From Perkinsus chesapeaki ATCC PRA-425 (lineage: Eukaryota > Protista > Perkinsozoa): DNA of 64,000 nucleotides. Position numbers and translations under genes: made by a program. The stretch lies in assembly GCA_013115145.1 (NCBI GenBank), contig JAAPAO010000110.1:1-64000 (forward strand), given 5' to 3'. How positions within the stretch are numbered: the stretch's first letter is position 1; each line of letters opens with the position of its first letter. This document shows, piece by piece, positions 37,270 to 48,963 of this stretch. The notes beneath the pieces were generated by a model. It saw nothing but the letters and a program-made list of their open reading frames with translations. It was not told where the DNA came from and searched no databases.

Positions 37270-40200
37270 ATGTACAAAAGTAGCAGTCAACAATCACAGA
37301 AAGCTGGTGGGAAGGCCTCTGCTACCGCTCCGGCGCCAATAGGGTTATCCGACGAGATATTGTCGAATATGGCCGTGGGTAAGGTGTTCAAAGATGCTAC
37401 GAAAAGGGTAAGATACCAATAATTTGAGGGAAATATGGTATGAAAAGTCAGGTGAATAGCATAGATTTCACCTCTGATGGAAGATATCTCATTGCTAGTA
37501 GCGACGATGAAAGTGTCAGTATCTACGACACGGAAAAAGGTACTTCAGACTTGCCGGTTTTCGCCCTTTTTATCCGCCTGCAGGTTCCAGACATAAGATG
37601 CTTTATTCTCGCAAATATGGTTGTGATAATATACAGTTTGTACATAGTGGAACTAACTCTGCCCTTTGCTCCAGTCGAGTGGATTTTGATCGTAAGCATT
37701 GGTGTTATTTTTGACCTATAAAGCATCTTTTTGTATTCGACCTTGAACGTATCTTTCTCAGATTCCTTGAGGTATTGGGATCTCTATGAGAATAAATTCC
37801 TCCGCTACTTCAAGGGACACACCGGTCCCGTATCTTCGCTGAAAGTCCACCCGTAAGCCGACGGTCGAATGGAATATTGACATTTAAATGATATTGATCT
37901 TTACTTATATTTCGAGATGTACGCATTGAAGGTACGAAGACCAATTCTTGTCTACTTCGCTGAGCACAGCAAGTGGTGGCGATTCTACGTGCCTTATGTG
38001 GGACCTACGAAAGGAGAAGCCTGTGGCGAGGGTATATAGTCAGGAACAGATCACCAAAGGTAGTAAAAGGTTGATGGGGTAGAAACGGCACTTTACACTG
38101 TAAATAACATCACGCGTAAATTGGAGGCACAGTTCTCGCTAGGAAATTCTCTAGCAGTCTATTCCGTTAATCTATAAATCTGATTGAGCTCTGATAGTTC
38201 TGAGATTACCTTGGCAATATGCATACCTGCTGGATATCTAACGGATTCGAGACTGTTAACTATGACTCTGACAAGAATACAGTATTGAAGTACATCTGGG
38301 GATGCCATTCTTGATTAGAGAGTCATCATACCAGGTCGAAATTCGACCCACGGATACGCTTAGTCCAAACTAGTTGACCAGTTGAGAAAAATATTGATGT
38401 TGACCTGCTATTATTTTTCAGGGAGCTCTACCGCTAATCTTGGCGGTCCTTGTGCAACCTATGATACCCAAGGCCTGGTGTTCGCAGTATCAAGCTCGAC
38501 ACCAACTGGTGATGGTAGGAAGCCGATTGCTAAAGTGCATATGTTTGATAATCGTCAATTTGAAAGGGTAGTATCCTGGGGAGTTCGAATCGGTGAGTGT
38601 GTGGTAATCAGAAGCTCCTATTGCCTGAACCACTTTGACATGGTCATGGAGGGTTGGTAAAATAACTCCACTGCGGTTTTATTGAAAAGCTAATGCTTCA
38701 TAGAGCGTTTTTAAAGTACTGACTATATACGATGCCCTGGCATCATGACTCTAGTATGTCGATAGTTCGGTCAATCTAGGAAACCCCCCAGTGGTATATA
38801 GCCCATTTGGCTCGCCCGAATCTGATACACTGATGCGTTATCCACATTTAACTTCCTTGATGGGCGGTAACGCTCTACCTTATGTACAAGTTTTGCTCCG
38901 TGAGGTAACGCGTTCATTCCGTCGACCTACTAAGAAATCAAAATTAACGTCTGATAAACGAGACTCATTATCAGTCGCAAGTTGCGACTCGCAGCTTGCG
39001 ACCTGAATGAGGAAAACCTCGTTTTCTCAGCTCTCGACTCCTCAGCCAGTTCTTTGCTTGTTTCTTCCGTCTGGCAAGCGGTGGAAGAGTTATCCGGCCT
39101 CGCTAGAGAGCCGAAGCTTTTAATAGATGTATGCGATATCCGAGTTTCACGCACAAATCGGGTATTATGAAAAGGAAAAAATAGGGCACATCTTCAGGAA
39201 TTTCTAAGAACGGAACATCAAAATACGAGTCGAAGCCCTTGGCAGGCACTCCGCAATGGAGCCTCCATTGTTACCCAATAGATGGGAGACAAAGCGGAGC
39301 GCCGGCTGCGGAGCGTAGCTGGGCTACGGTACGCGAGGTTGCGGCGAGAGACATCTGCTGAAAGCCGGCTTCGTTCATATGATGCGATGGCATTTTTTCT
39401 CGAAATTATCACTTGTTGTGTGAGCCTTCTCGCACCGTCCCAACGTCCCGGCCGTTCAAGAGTCTTGAACGTCTTGGATCAAGACTCGAATGTCGAGTTA
39501 TTTCGTCGCAGAGTAACGGCATCTCTACAATGCTTTGTCATGGTGGCTGGGTGCACTGCTGGTGGCTCAGACGAAGAGGTGCTCGCTCTACTATTCCCGG
39601 ATGTGAGAAGACTTAATACATTGACGCGAATGCATTACGCCACGAGCAATTGTCTGAATCGTATAGTGGGATGCAATACGATCGTATAGTAGTCCATACC
39701 GGACTACACGAACTCATGCCTGTGGATCAACAGTGGGAGATAGAGGCGCGGCCGGATAAAAAGCTACTACAGCATACATAACGACACGTGGGTACCTCTG
39801 TCGGACACAATCTTCGAACCCCTCGCGGGGGAATGGCCGATTTCAGCATGGCAAACAGTACTTTCGATTGTGTCACATTGGACCAGGGAAAGGCAACGTA
39901 CTAAAGTGACACAAGTACGCTGGCTTCAGTGTATATTACCAAATTGAATGGCCGCGCAAGTCGCCCGACTTGAACCCTATTGACTACGGCGTTCGGTTCA
40001 TGCTAAAAGTTGGTCAGAGAAGCGCGCTCCAACGTAAAGATCGAAGATTGAAAGCTAGTCGTCCCTCTGTGCTTCGTGGACATGAAATTTCCGTCATTTG
40101 ATGTATCCAAACTAACCGCTTATGACTTCACATCTCCGGAAAGGTCTCAACGACTCCCTTCTCTCTTCGCAGAGCTCTCTGCCTATCTGGCCCAAAACTG

Positions 40201-41262
40201 CTCTTCGGTACACCCAGATTAACAACACGTGGTATACAGAATGTGTGGGAACGCATCAAGTTTCATCGATTAAAATGATGCTGAGGAGCACATGTACAGC
40301 ATAGCGACTCGTTATCGGCGAGGATGGATGAAAAGGTGTATCAGAGCCTGTTGAGGTCATCTTTTTCCCATGTCAACTCTCATGTCTCAACTCTTGCTAA
40401 TGATGGTGTTCTTGGTACCGTTGGGCGCAATGCCTCAGCAGTGCTGAGTCAGGACGCCTCATCACACCACTAGGTGTCACACCTGGTGGGTAACAAAAAT
40501 GTCAGCAATTCAGCCTATTTGGCAATAAGTGTTTTCATATCGCATAGTATTAGAACTATATTTCTAATAGGAGGGAGCCGCTCTCATTAAGGTAGCATGT
40601 TGTTTTTGTAGGGTGAATTCGAGGCATTCGACTTGTCTACGTTCACACAAGGCTCTCCTTTAAGGTCCATGTTGTTCTCACCATGTGGAAAGTAATACAG
40701 TCCGCGCCATTGCTCGCCCAACTATTCTCAGGTATCTTCTATGCTCTACTGCAGCAGGCGATCTCTTTGCAATTGATTCCTTTTCGGGGCGTCTGCGAGC
40801 TGCTTATAAATTTGACAGTGTCCATCTGCAGTCCGGCTCGCAGACCTTCAAGAGCCTTCCCGAAAGGGACGGATTAAGGCCTACTTTTTCTCCTGATGCT
40901 CGGTGGGTGTCAGTAGCGTTCCTGGTCTCGAGCGTATTAAGTTTAGATATGTCCTTTGTGGTGTTCCGGGCGGCAGCATATATATCTGGCCAATATTGAG
41001 CAAGGCAGCGCAGGAGCAAGCCATGAGCGAGGACCCAGCGAACGTCCAAGCTTGCGAGCCTAAGCCAGTTGGAATACTAAAGGGGCACTCTGGATATCCT
41101 AGATGTGTTAAGTTCTCGCCAACGAGATCTCTGATAGCATCCGCGGCCGCAGCGGTTGCTTTATGGATACCTAAGCAGTTTACGGCGCCAATAGGGACAC
41201 AGACGGATCCAGTGGCGATAGCTAAGCAACAGGTTATAAGGGACACAGGATATGCGTGTTAA
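37270..41262 (+). CDS. WDR82: WD40 protein WDR82/Swd2, multi-exon with a 2044-nt intron (38568-40611)
   Basis: VNSIDFTSDGRYLIASSDDESVSIYD, LYENKFLRYFKGHTGPVSSLKVHP, MWDLRKEKPV, FER|GEFEAFDL and GILKGHSGYPRCVKFSP. Confidence 0.88.
39282..40060 (+). mobile_element. Degenerate Tc1/mariner (ITm) transposase relic within the WDR82 intron
   Basis: FVMVAGC (39534-39554, cf. VMVWGC) and IEWPRKSPDLNPIDYGV (39943-39993, cf. WPxxSPDLNPI[E/D]), broken by stops and frameshifts; no terminal inverted repeats found. Confidence 0.7.
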
Positions 41263-41317
41263 CGTATGAGAAGGCAGCTTAGTCTGACCTCGCCGGGACC
41301 GGGAGGTCAATTGAATT

Positions 41318-41371
41318 GCCTAGTAAACTAGCCGTAGAGTTGACCCAATTGAACGGCTAGTTTACTAGGCT
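41318..41371. repeat. Intergenic inverted repeat downstream of WDR82
   Basis: gcctagtaaactagccgt ... acggctagttttactaggc (18-bp arms, one bulge, 17-nt loop). Confidence 0.8.
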
Positions 41372-41669
41372 TATAGGGAACTGTGGGGAAAAGAGCAATA
41401 CAAAAAAATATTTCCCCTAAAGAGAATGCAGAACTCCTTTATTTCGCGTCGAGCAGTTCTCGGTTACGACTGGAATTCATTCTTAGTGTTTCGACTAGCG
41501 ATCGAAGCGATCCTCTTTCAGGTCACTCTGGGCTATTAACCATGGTCAGCCTAAACCCGATAACGTTTTCTGTAACCATTTCTTCTATAATCGTATTTTA
41601 ATATTACTTCGCTTTGAGTTTCCAGTCTCTCAGTAGCTTTGTCTCCAGCAGTGCACTGTGCCATTCTTC

Positions 41670-42580
41670 ATGCCGTATTCTGTCCTGGTAGCCGGCACCC
41701 CTGGTGTAGGCAAGTCGACGTTCTCGAGGGAACTTGCGGCGGCTATTGGAGACTGCCGCGTTATAGAGCTCGGCAAGACTAGTAATAAATACATTGAGCA
41801 CGCATGAAGCTAATATACGTTTTAGTTGCGGCTGAGCATTTGTATAGTGAGTGGGATGATGAGCATAATTGTAGCATATTTGATGAGGAGGCAGTTGAGC
41901 AGCATCTTGGGAATCTCGGAGTTTTCGGCAAGGAGAATGTCGTTGTGGATTTCCATTCACCCGACTTCCTGCCTTCAGAATGGTACTAACAGGATGGATT
42001 AGGGAGCAAGTGGTGACATATTACAGCACAGTTCGCAAGGTGTTGCTGACATCGTGGGCATATCGTGCTCTCCTATATATAGAGACTACTCGCGAGTTTG
42101 ATGTGAAATATGTTACTAATGAAAGAATGAATAACCGTCGTAGTCGCATTACTTCGGAACTTCGGTATGCCTTTATATTTTGCAAGTCGTTACTTGTAGC
42201 ATCGGGTCAGTTTTAATCCCGTATCACCGTTTAGTTTGGGAGTGTTGTTTCGGTTATGGTGTCAACTGTCAGGTTCGACGTGGTGGTAGTTTTGCGGTGT
42301 TCAACGGAGGCATTGTGGTCTCGATTGGAGCAACGCCATTACACCGAGGAGAAAATAAAGGAGAACGTGGAGTGTGAGATTTTCCAGACGGTAAGGTCCG
42401 GTTGGTTGAGGTGATTGGTTCCTATTCTAAGGACTCGAGTTCGATCCCTGCGTTCAGATTCTTGACGATTGTCGAGAGCACTTCGGGAATGAGAAGGTGT
42501 TGGAGCTGCAGAGCGTTTCTATCGACGACATAGCTAAGAATGTACAAAGCGTCCTGGCCAAGCTAGGCAAGGCACAATGA
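41670..42580 (+). CDS. AK6: Adenylate kinase 6 (Fap7/hCINAP-like), multi-exon
   Basis: VLVAGTPGVGKST P-loop, VVDFHSPDFLPSEW, FDVVVVLRCS and ENVECEIFQT|ILDDCREHF. Confidence 0.88.
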
Positions 42581-42711
42581 ACATTACCATCTATTACTGT
42601 TCCTTTGCTAAATACGTACCTTCATATGGGCCTTGAGTTGACCTAATTTGTATCTTGCATCCATGAACCTGAGATTCTCGGCAGTTTCTATTGTTCCCGT
42701 TTCGATATCTT

Positions 42712-45510
42712 ATGTCAAGTCCTGTGGAGTCGGCGGTCCCCTCGACTGCACCAAATTCATTGCCGCAGGAGTCAGTGAATGGCAGTTCTCATCGGCGACG
42801 GGCATATTGGGGCAAAGGGAAGGGTCGGCGGAGCGAAGCGATTCGTGTTTCGCAAAATAGTGATGATGGCACGCCGCAGCATGAAGAAGCTCGAGGCAAG
42901 GGCCGTAGAGGGTATTGGGGAAAGGGAAAAGGGGGCAGTGGAAAAGCTCGGCCGACTGAGGTCGAGTCGAGCTCCTCTGCTCCAGAGGGTGGCGAGGGGA
43001 GAAAGGAAAGGTCAAAAGGCCGACGGAGGAATAAGAAGGATGTTACTGTGGTGGACAACAATGGTGCTGATGGAGAGGTTGGGTCGGTGCCTGGTGGTAA
43101 GAAAGCAGCTGGTAAGGGTCATGTGGAGTGGGCTAAGCAGAATCGATACAAGGGACGGAGACGAGGCGTCAGCTTCAACCCGACAGGGAGCGAACTGGTC
43201 GATACCCTTTTGTACCAATTGGAAGGCAAAGGCAGTTACGATTGTATGATTTGCATGACGAAGATCGGCCGACGTGCCAAGGTGTGGCAATGTCGTGAGG
43301 GTTGTTGGGCGATATTTCACGCCAAATGTATAGAGCAATGGGCTGCCTCGGCTCACAGTGAATTTGCCACTTTTCGTTGTCCAGGGTGCCAGAAGGAGCA
43401 TACGGACGCGAGGCCGATCAGTTGCTACTGTGAGGGTGGCATCGCTATGTTTGATTCCCATAGTTGCGGTCAACAGTGCCAGCGAAAGAGAGCGTGCGGT
43501 CATGCGTGTAGATTCATGTGTCATCCAGGGCCGTGCCCACCCTGTGAAGAGGTAGTTGGCGAAGTGGCCTGCCATTGTGGCAAGGAGGTCAGAAAGGATG
43601 TGAAGTGCCATGAGAATCTGGAGGGTTGGAGCTGCGGTGAAGTCTGTGGTAGGCTGATGCCGTGTGGAGTTCACCATTGCACTAGGACCTGCCACGCCGG
43701 GGAGTGTGGTGGCTGCGAGGTCGTGTTGAAGGATGTGACCTGCTATTGCGGCAAGCACCGGTCCGATGAGATAAAATGTGACCGACTCTCTCTGGGCTCA
43801 TGGACATGTGGTGATGTTTGTGACAAGTTGCTGGCTTGTGGTAACCATCACTGCACCCTCCCTTGTCATGCTGGACCATGCCCGAGCTGTCCCTTGGACC
43901 CGAGAGCTATCGGAGCCACTCGGTGTGCGTGTGGTAAAACGGCCGCGGTTACCGGTGCTGAACCGAGGAGGAGCTGTGTTGACCCTCTTCCGACTTGCGG
44001 CAAGATTTGCGCCAAGCCGCTGCCATGCGGGCATCTCTGTCCTAAGAAATGTCACAACGGTCCGTGCGATGATGAGAAGTGCGAGGAGATGGTAGAGCTC
44101 ACTTGTGTTTGCGGAAAGACGAGACGGCTGATGCCGTGCTGGGAGGCAACGACGATGACGGGACCGATGAAGTGCCATAAAAAATGCAATGCTTTGAAGT
44201 CCTGCGGAAAGCACCGGTGCAACGTGGTCTGCTGCCCCGGCGGACCAGATGCACATTTCTGCACTCAAGTGTGTGGCAAGCTCCTGAACTGTGGTAAGCA
44301 TCATTGCGATTACCCCTGCCATCTCGGTAAGTGTCGGCCATGCGCCCATGTCAGCTACGAGACCCAGTACTGCTACTGTGGGCACGCCTCTCGGGATCCA
44401 CCGATCCCTTGTGGAACTCCCCCGCCCTACTGTGACCGGCCATGCTCGAGGCCGCGGTCCTGTGGTCATCCCTGCCCACTGAAATGCCACTACGGTCCAT
44501 GTCCTTTATGCACTGTACTCGTCGACAAGGAGTGTGGTGGCGGCCACGGAGCGATCAGGAGGGTGCCGTGTCACGTCACAAACGTGAGCTGCGGCTCTCC
44601 TTGTGGCAAAATGCTGCCCTGCGGTCGACATTGGTGTCAACGAACTTGCCATGGTGGGCCGTGTCTGGCTGAGGGCAAGAGTTGCGAACAGAAGTGTTTC
44701 AAACCTCGACCGTCCTGCGGGCATCCCTGCAACGAGGTCTGTCATGACGGACCGTGCCCAAATACGAAATGCAAGGCCACGGTGACTGTATCCTGTCCGT
44801 GTGGGAGGCGAAGGGAGTTGCGGCCATGTGGTCTCCTGCCGAGTGACGTGGACAACGCTCCTGAGGAGCTAGAGTGTACAAAGGAATGTGAGGATGAGAT
44901 GCGGCAGGCTCAACTGAGGCTCGCATTTGCCTTTGGTGACAACACTGGCTCCGACGAGCACTACTCTGGCGATCTGGTCAGCTTGGCGGAAAAGAACGCT
45001 GAATGGCTAGCCGGCATGGAGAAGCACTTGACAACGGCGGTGGTCCAGAGGCCGGTGTCGATGACCTTACCTCCGATCAAGGACCGTGAGCGCATACAAC
45101 TCCTACTGGACTATGCCCAGCAGAACTACAGACTAGAGTGCATTGCAGATGCAGATGGTGTTGTTACTTTACACTGGGTGACGGGTGCTCGGAGACCACA
45201 TCCAACACTTAGCGAGGTTATTGCAATGGAGCCCCCCTCGACTAGGTTGCCTTATACGATTGACTTTGATCCACAAGCCTGCCCAAGGATTGTAGTTGAA
45301 ACTGGCTCTGGAGCTGCTAGCTTACGAGGAGAAGTGTATAAGAGACTGAGGGATTGGCTTGGTCAGTTCAGATGCCGACGAGATGGTCGAAATTTATTGA
45401 TTGAATTCACGTCTGAAAAGGCAGCTCGAGAGGCTTTTAGACACTTGAAGACGACACTTGACAGCTCTGTCATCAGCCCACTGGAACACGCATATCTCGA
45501 AAACGCCTAA
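42712..45510 (+). CDS. NFX1: NF-X1-type zinc-finger protein, intronless
   Basis: RING-like CMICMTKIGRRAKVWQC...CWAIFHAKCIEQWA...FRCPGCQ followed by many CGxHxCxxxCHxGPCxxC repeats; uninterrupted 2.8-kb ORF. Confidence 0.94.
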   Translation: MSSPVESAVPSTAPNSLPQESVNGSSHRRRAYWGKGKGRRSEAIRVSQNSDDGTPQHEEARGKGRRGYWGKGKGGSGKARPTEVESSSSAPEGGEGRKERSKGRRRNKKDVTVVDNNGADGEVGSVPGGKKAAGKGHVEWAKQNRYKGRRRGVSFNPTGSELVDTLLYQLEGKGSYDCMICMTKIGRRAKVWQCREGCWAIFHAKCIEQWAASAHSEFATFRCPGCQKEHTDARPISCYCEGGIAMFDSHSCGQQCQRKRACGHACRFMCHPGPCPPCEEVVGEVACHCGKEVRKDVKCHENLEGWSCGEVCGRLMPCGVHHCTRTCHAGECGGCEVVLKDVTCYCGKHRSDEIKCDRLSLGSWTCGDVCDKLLACGNHHCTLPCHAGPCPSCPLDPRAIGATRCACGKTAAVTGAEPRRSCVDPLPTCGKICAKPLPCGHLCPKKCHNGPCDDEKCEEMVELTCVCGKTRRLMPCWEATTMTGPMKCHKKCNALKSCGKHRCNVVCCPGGPDAHFCTQVCGKLLNCGKHHCDYPCHLGKCRPCAHVSYETQYCYCGHASRDPPIPCGTPPPYCDRPCSRPRSCGHPCPLKCHYGPCPLCTVLVDKECGGGHGAIRRVPCHVTNVSCGSPCGKMLPCGRHWCQRTCHGGPCLAEGKSCEQKCFKPRPSCGHPCNEVCHDGPCPNTKCKATVTVSCPCGRRRELRPCGLLPSDVDNAPEELECTKECEDEMRQAQLRLAFAFGDNTGSDEHYSGDLVSLAEKNAEWLAGMEKHLTTAVVQRPVSMTLPPIKDRERIQLLLDYAQQNYRLECIADADGVVTLHWVTGARRPHPTLSEVIAMEPPSTRLPYTIDFDPQACPRIVVETGSGAASLRGEVYKRLRDWLGQFRCRRDGRNLLIEFTSEKAAREAFRHLKTTLDSSVISPLEHAYLENA

Positions 45511-45529
45511 ATCGAGCAACAGTGTGTTT

Positions 45530-47404
45530 ATGGCCAAAAGGGGAGAGTTCCCACTAGTATCGTCATCCTCTTTACTGTTGCATTATTGATTCTCTTATCC
45601 ATTTATTTTGGGTTAGCATCCTCTCTACCTTCACTAGCAGCCTTATTTATTCTGTTACTCGGTTCCTCCTTGTTCGAGGGTAATAATCGATGGCCTCATC
45701 ACCCCCGTACTATGATGGCCCTACTGCGGCAGAGTCGTCCAAGACGAAGTCTCTCTGGGGAAGATTCCTTCATCGCGTTAAAGTCTTTAACAAAGCTCGA
45801 ATGGATTACGTGCGTCTAGCATGGCCCACTGAATGGGCAGTCTTCAAGAAAGGTGCCTGGTAAGATATCTTAGCTTCATCCTTGCACTTTGAAGAATGCT
45901 CTATCAGGTGGGGTATCCTATTCTTTATTATAACCTTATTAATCCACAACTGGGTTCATAACTGCGTTTACATGTTGGCAGGCCAATACGGAGTGTAAAC
46001 CTAACCCTCCCCGATCCCATCGCCAGCCGTTTCCTCAGATACGGTCCGTATGGTCGCCCTGGCAACCCTGTAGTCGACCTTCTCTTCGAGCTCTTCGGTC
46101 CTGGTCCTGCCGAATGGAATGTAGGCCCTTGTCACATCACTATGCGTATCTTTGCTTTCAGCCTGCTCCTGGAGACATCATCCTATATTTCACCATCTTA
46201 ATGGGCGTCGGCTACGCCCTACGACCATTGCTCTTCCCTTTTCCATACAGTAAGCCATCCCTCAGCTCAAAGTGAACAATGCCTAAAACGATAAAATTTA
46301 ACATAAATGCATCACCAACTTATTTGTCATGAATTCCAGAAAGTCTAGATTCCTCACTATTGAAAAGTCGAAAACAAATTCGTCATATTGAAGAATCAAT
46401 TTTGGAAAAAGCTACGAAAGAAGCTTTCTGTAATCTCTGAACAGGGTTCATATGAACCCCTTGGGTCGCCCAAGTGTGATGATCAATAAAAACTCAACAG
46501 CAAATTTCAATCGCTTTGTCGCACTGCATCAATCCTGAGGTTTTGTCGAGTATATTGTATAGTTCCTCGGACTGGGAAGCTCTGAGGACGACTTGTCTGG
46601 GCCATTGTATCCTTTTTAGGGGCTATGAATATCTTATGGAGATGGGCAATGGTCGCGAGTTTGGCAACGTATGCCCGACTCGCTTCTTTCATATTCACGG
46701 TGCGTTACAGATCCACACAAGTGCGCACTATGAAGAATATCTTTTAGATTCTTCCTGGTCCCGCGGACCACTGTTCTGAGGCCAATTTCGATCCGCCTAC
46801 TACGGCGAGTGAAATTTTCGCTCGAATATTTGTATCCGGTGGATGCAGCGATCTAATATTCTCAGGACACATGCTGTACGTTATTACAGTGACATGCGCC
46901 TTATGTAAGTCTCTCTACCGAAAGGTCCCTGGTTCGATCCCCGGCAACGGCATCTTTTTCTCAGTTCGCTACGCTCAAAACTGGTTCATTAAGTATTTCG
47001 CACTCGTTCTTAACATACTACAAGGAATTCTCATCATCGCGTCACGGCGTCACAATACTGTCGACGTGGTAAGGCTTGACCATATCCTTTTGTCACTTCA
47101 TTTCTATCAGGTGGTTGCCGCTTATGCCGTGCCTTGCATTTGGTGCACCTTCGCCTACTTTGTAAGCTCGCATCACCACGTGGCATTTATCAAGTATTGC
47201 CAGGTACCCAACGACTTTGAGGTTGAAGTGCCACCAGAGATCACTGGCCAGGACACAGGCAACTCGGGGACCGATGCCGGAACGATGAGCGAATGCTCAG
47301 AGCCTATCACTGATCTCAATCCTAGTAGCCATACCCGTGCTAGTGGTTCTACAACTGTTACCGATATCGAACTTGGTCACCCGGTGGCCACTTCTACGGC
47401 GTAG
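45530..47404 (+). CDS. Sphingomyelin/IPC synthase-like (PAP2 superfamily) paralog 1
   Basis: LIHNWVHN, GGCSDLIFSGH and RRHNTVDV motifs; start approximate. Confidence 0.85.
46918..46952 (+). pseudogene. tRNA 3'-half fragment (Phe/Val-like), sense, in 60-nt intron 46905-46964
   Basis: ccgaa-aggtc-cctgg-ttcgatc-cccgg-caacggc-a-tcttttt-ctcag; the phase-1 intron restores TCAL-F-RYAQNW. Confidence 0.85.
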
Positions 47405-48963
47405 TGGTAGGGGTGTAAAAAACACCCCCAGATTTGTTGCAACCGTCTTGTGTTGCTCTGAGCCCTCGAGTAGGGTTGCTTATCCTATTCCAGACAGTAT
47501 GCCTGAATACCATTTCGTCCGGGCCAAAGTATGACGTTGCCGATTGTGCTGTTAATACGTCAATATCAATTGGTCCGTGACTTGTGTCTTATACAATCGT
47601 GATACTTATTGTTCCTTCCAAAACCGTTTCACCGCGGGATACCTCACTTCGTTCCCACGTTACTCTTTCTGGCTTGAGTTTATCAATTACCGACTCCAGT
47701 TGAATGGTTCTTGCGCTTCGATAAACTTGTACCGGAATTGGCGTAATTGATTAACTTATTCGAGACTAAGTGAAGCATCAAGGCTTGACTCTACACCAGA
47801 AAGGCAAATGTGGGGGGGGCTGTGACGCCGATTGATAACGCGTCACAGAAATGCGCCATAATATTATGATGATATTGTAAGCGGAACTCGTGAAGCGCTT
47901 CGCTCCGCCGAGCCCGACTTATGTTCTTTGTGCCAGCTTGTCCCATTTAGGCCTTCTTATATCGAATCTTTCTCACATATCTTTAGCTGAGCTATGTAAG
48001 CTTAGTACGCTATAGTATATACGTCAAAGTAGACATAAGTATAGTTGCTTAATAGTTATTTCATAGTTATTCATAGTTCTTTTTAGAGTCCTAAGTGTAG
48101 GTTCTCTAGTTCTAAGTATTGGTTAAGTTCCTTTGTTGGTTGCATTACTAACTAAGGCCTTATCTGGTATTATTTAAGAAGTTATTGAGTTATATCAGTT
48201 GGCGCGTGATTGGTTCACACGCCCAAACTCCTTTTTATAAGGCTTATTAATATATTCTTGTGGTTGGTTGTACCGAGACCGTCCACAATATTTTGTAGTG
48301 CTTATGACCAACACAAAAGGAGACATTTTCACTTCTCACTTGTTTCGCTTTTCTAACTCCATTTCGGGCGTGCGCTTGACAGGCGCGAGATTGAAGGAAG
48401 ATCTTCAATTGAAGAAGAATCTTGGCCCGATAACTGTCCGTTGAATAAGATTTAGGATCTTTCCTAATACGAACTTGTCTGTCCTCTCTTCCGGCCCATA
48501 ACAATATTTCCTAATTCGTTCTTTACGTCATTCTGTCACTTCTTGTTCACCTTGTATAATAATTATATATTATTATAATATATGATTACCATCTCACTAG
48601 GAGCCACCTTCACGGAACTGCAGAAGTCTCTATGGCAACTGCGAACAAACTCAATTCGGCCTCGATGCTGAAATGTGGAGAACCTCTCTTTTTAGCTCCT
48701 TTATACCGCGTTGCTTACAAGTTGCTGAAAACTAATAAAATCGCCCGGGTTACCTGGAGCGAAGTTACGGCAACTGTTGTTACAGGCAACCGCAGTTGTT
48801 ACAACTGCGAGTAGACGGAGTAATCAATTGCTTCAATTTTGGACGTCTGAAAGTACCTCGTAAAATAACTTGGATTGTAAAGTGAAATCGATTGAAGCAC
48901 CAAGCTAGCAAGCACAGAGCTCGAACGCAGACAGCAGTTTAACACGCTCTTGTTTTTGAACCA

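Noticed and set aside
38334-38348. 7-bp-arm palindromes with 1-nt spacer here and at 61302-61316
   Set aside because: About four are expected by chance in 64 kb.
39949-39993. Antisense GGGTTCAAGTC B-box-like word in the WDR82 intron
   Set aside because: Explained by the transposase SPDLNP codons.
42391-42457. AK6 intron with ggactcgagttcgatccctg
   Set aside because: B-box-like core present but no stem pairing or correct acceptor spacing.
43012-44926. Many antisense and alternate-frame ORFs over NFX1 and other genes
   Set aside because: Shadow ORFs of GC-rich or Cys-repeat coding sequence.
11945-45510. Apparent cluster of RNA-processing genes (TGS1, Clp1, WDR82, AK6, NFX1) near tRNA fragments
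   Set aside because: Mixed strands, interspersed unrelated genes, and no evidence of functional linkage.
47396-47430. ggcgtagtggtag plus gggtg-taaaaaa-caccc as a tRNA 5'-half
   Set aside because: Overlaps the stop codon of paralog 1, has no U33 and no D-stem.
48247-48504. Minus ORF MLWAG...SYRAKIL...FLQSRACQAHARN as a second ITm transposase relic
   Set aside because: Resemblance to VMVWAG/FQQDNA motifs is loose and the SPDLNP motif is absent; needs an HMM search.
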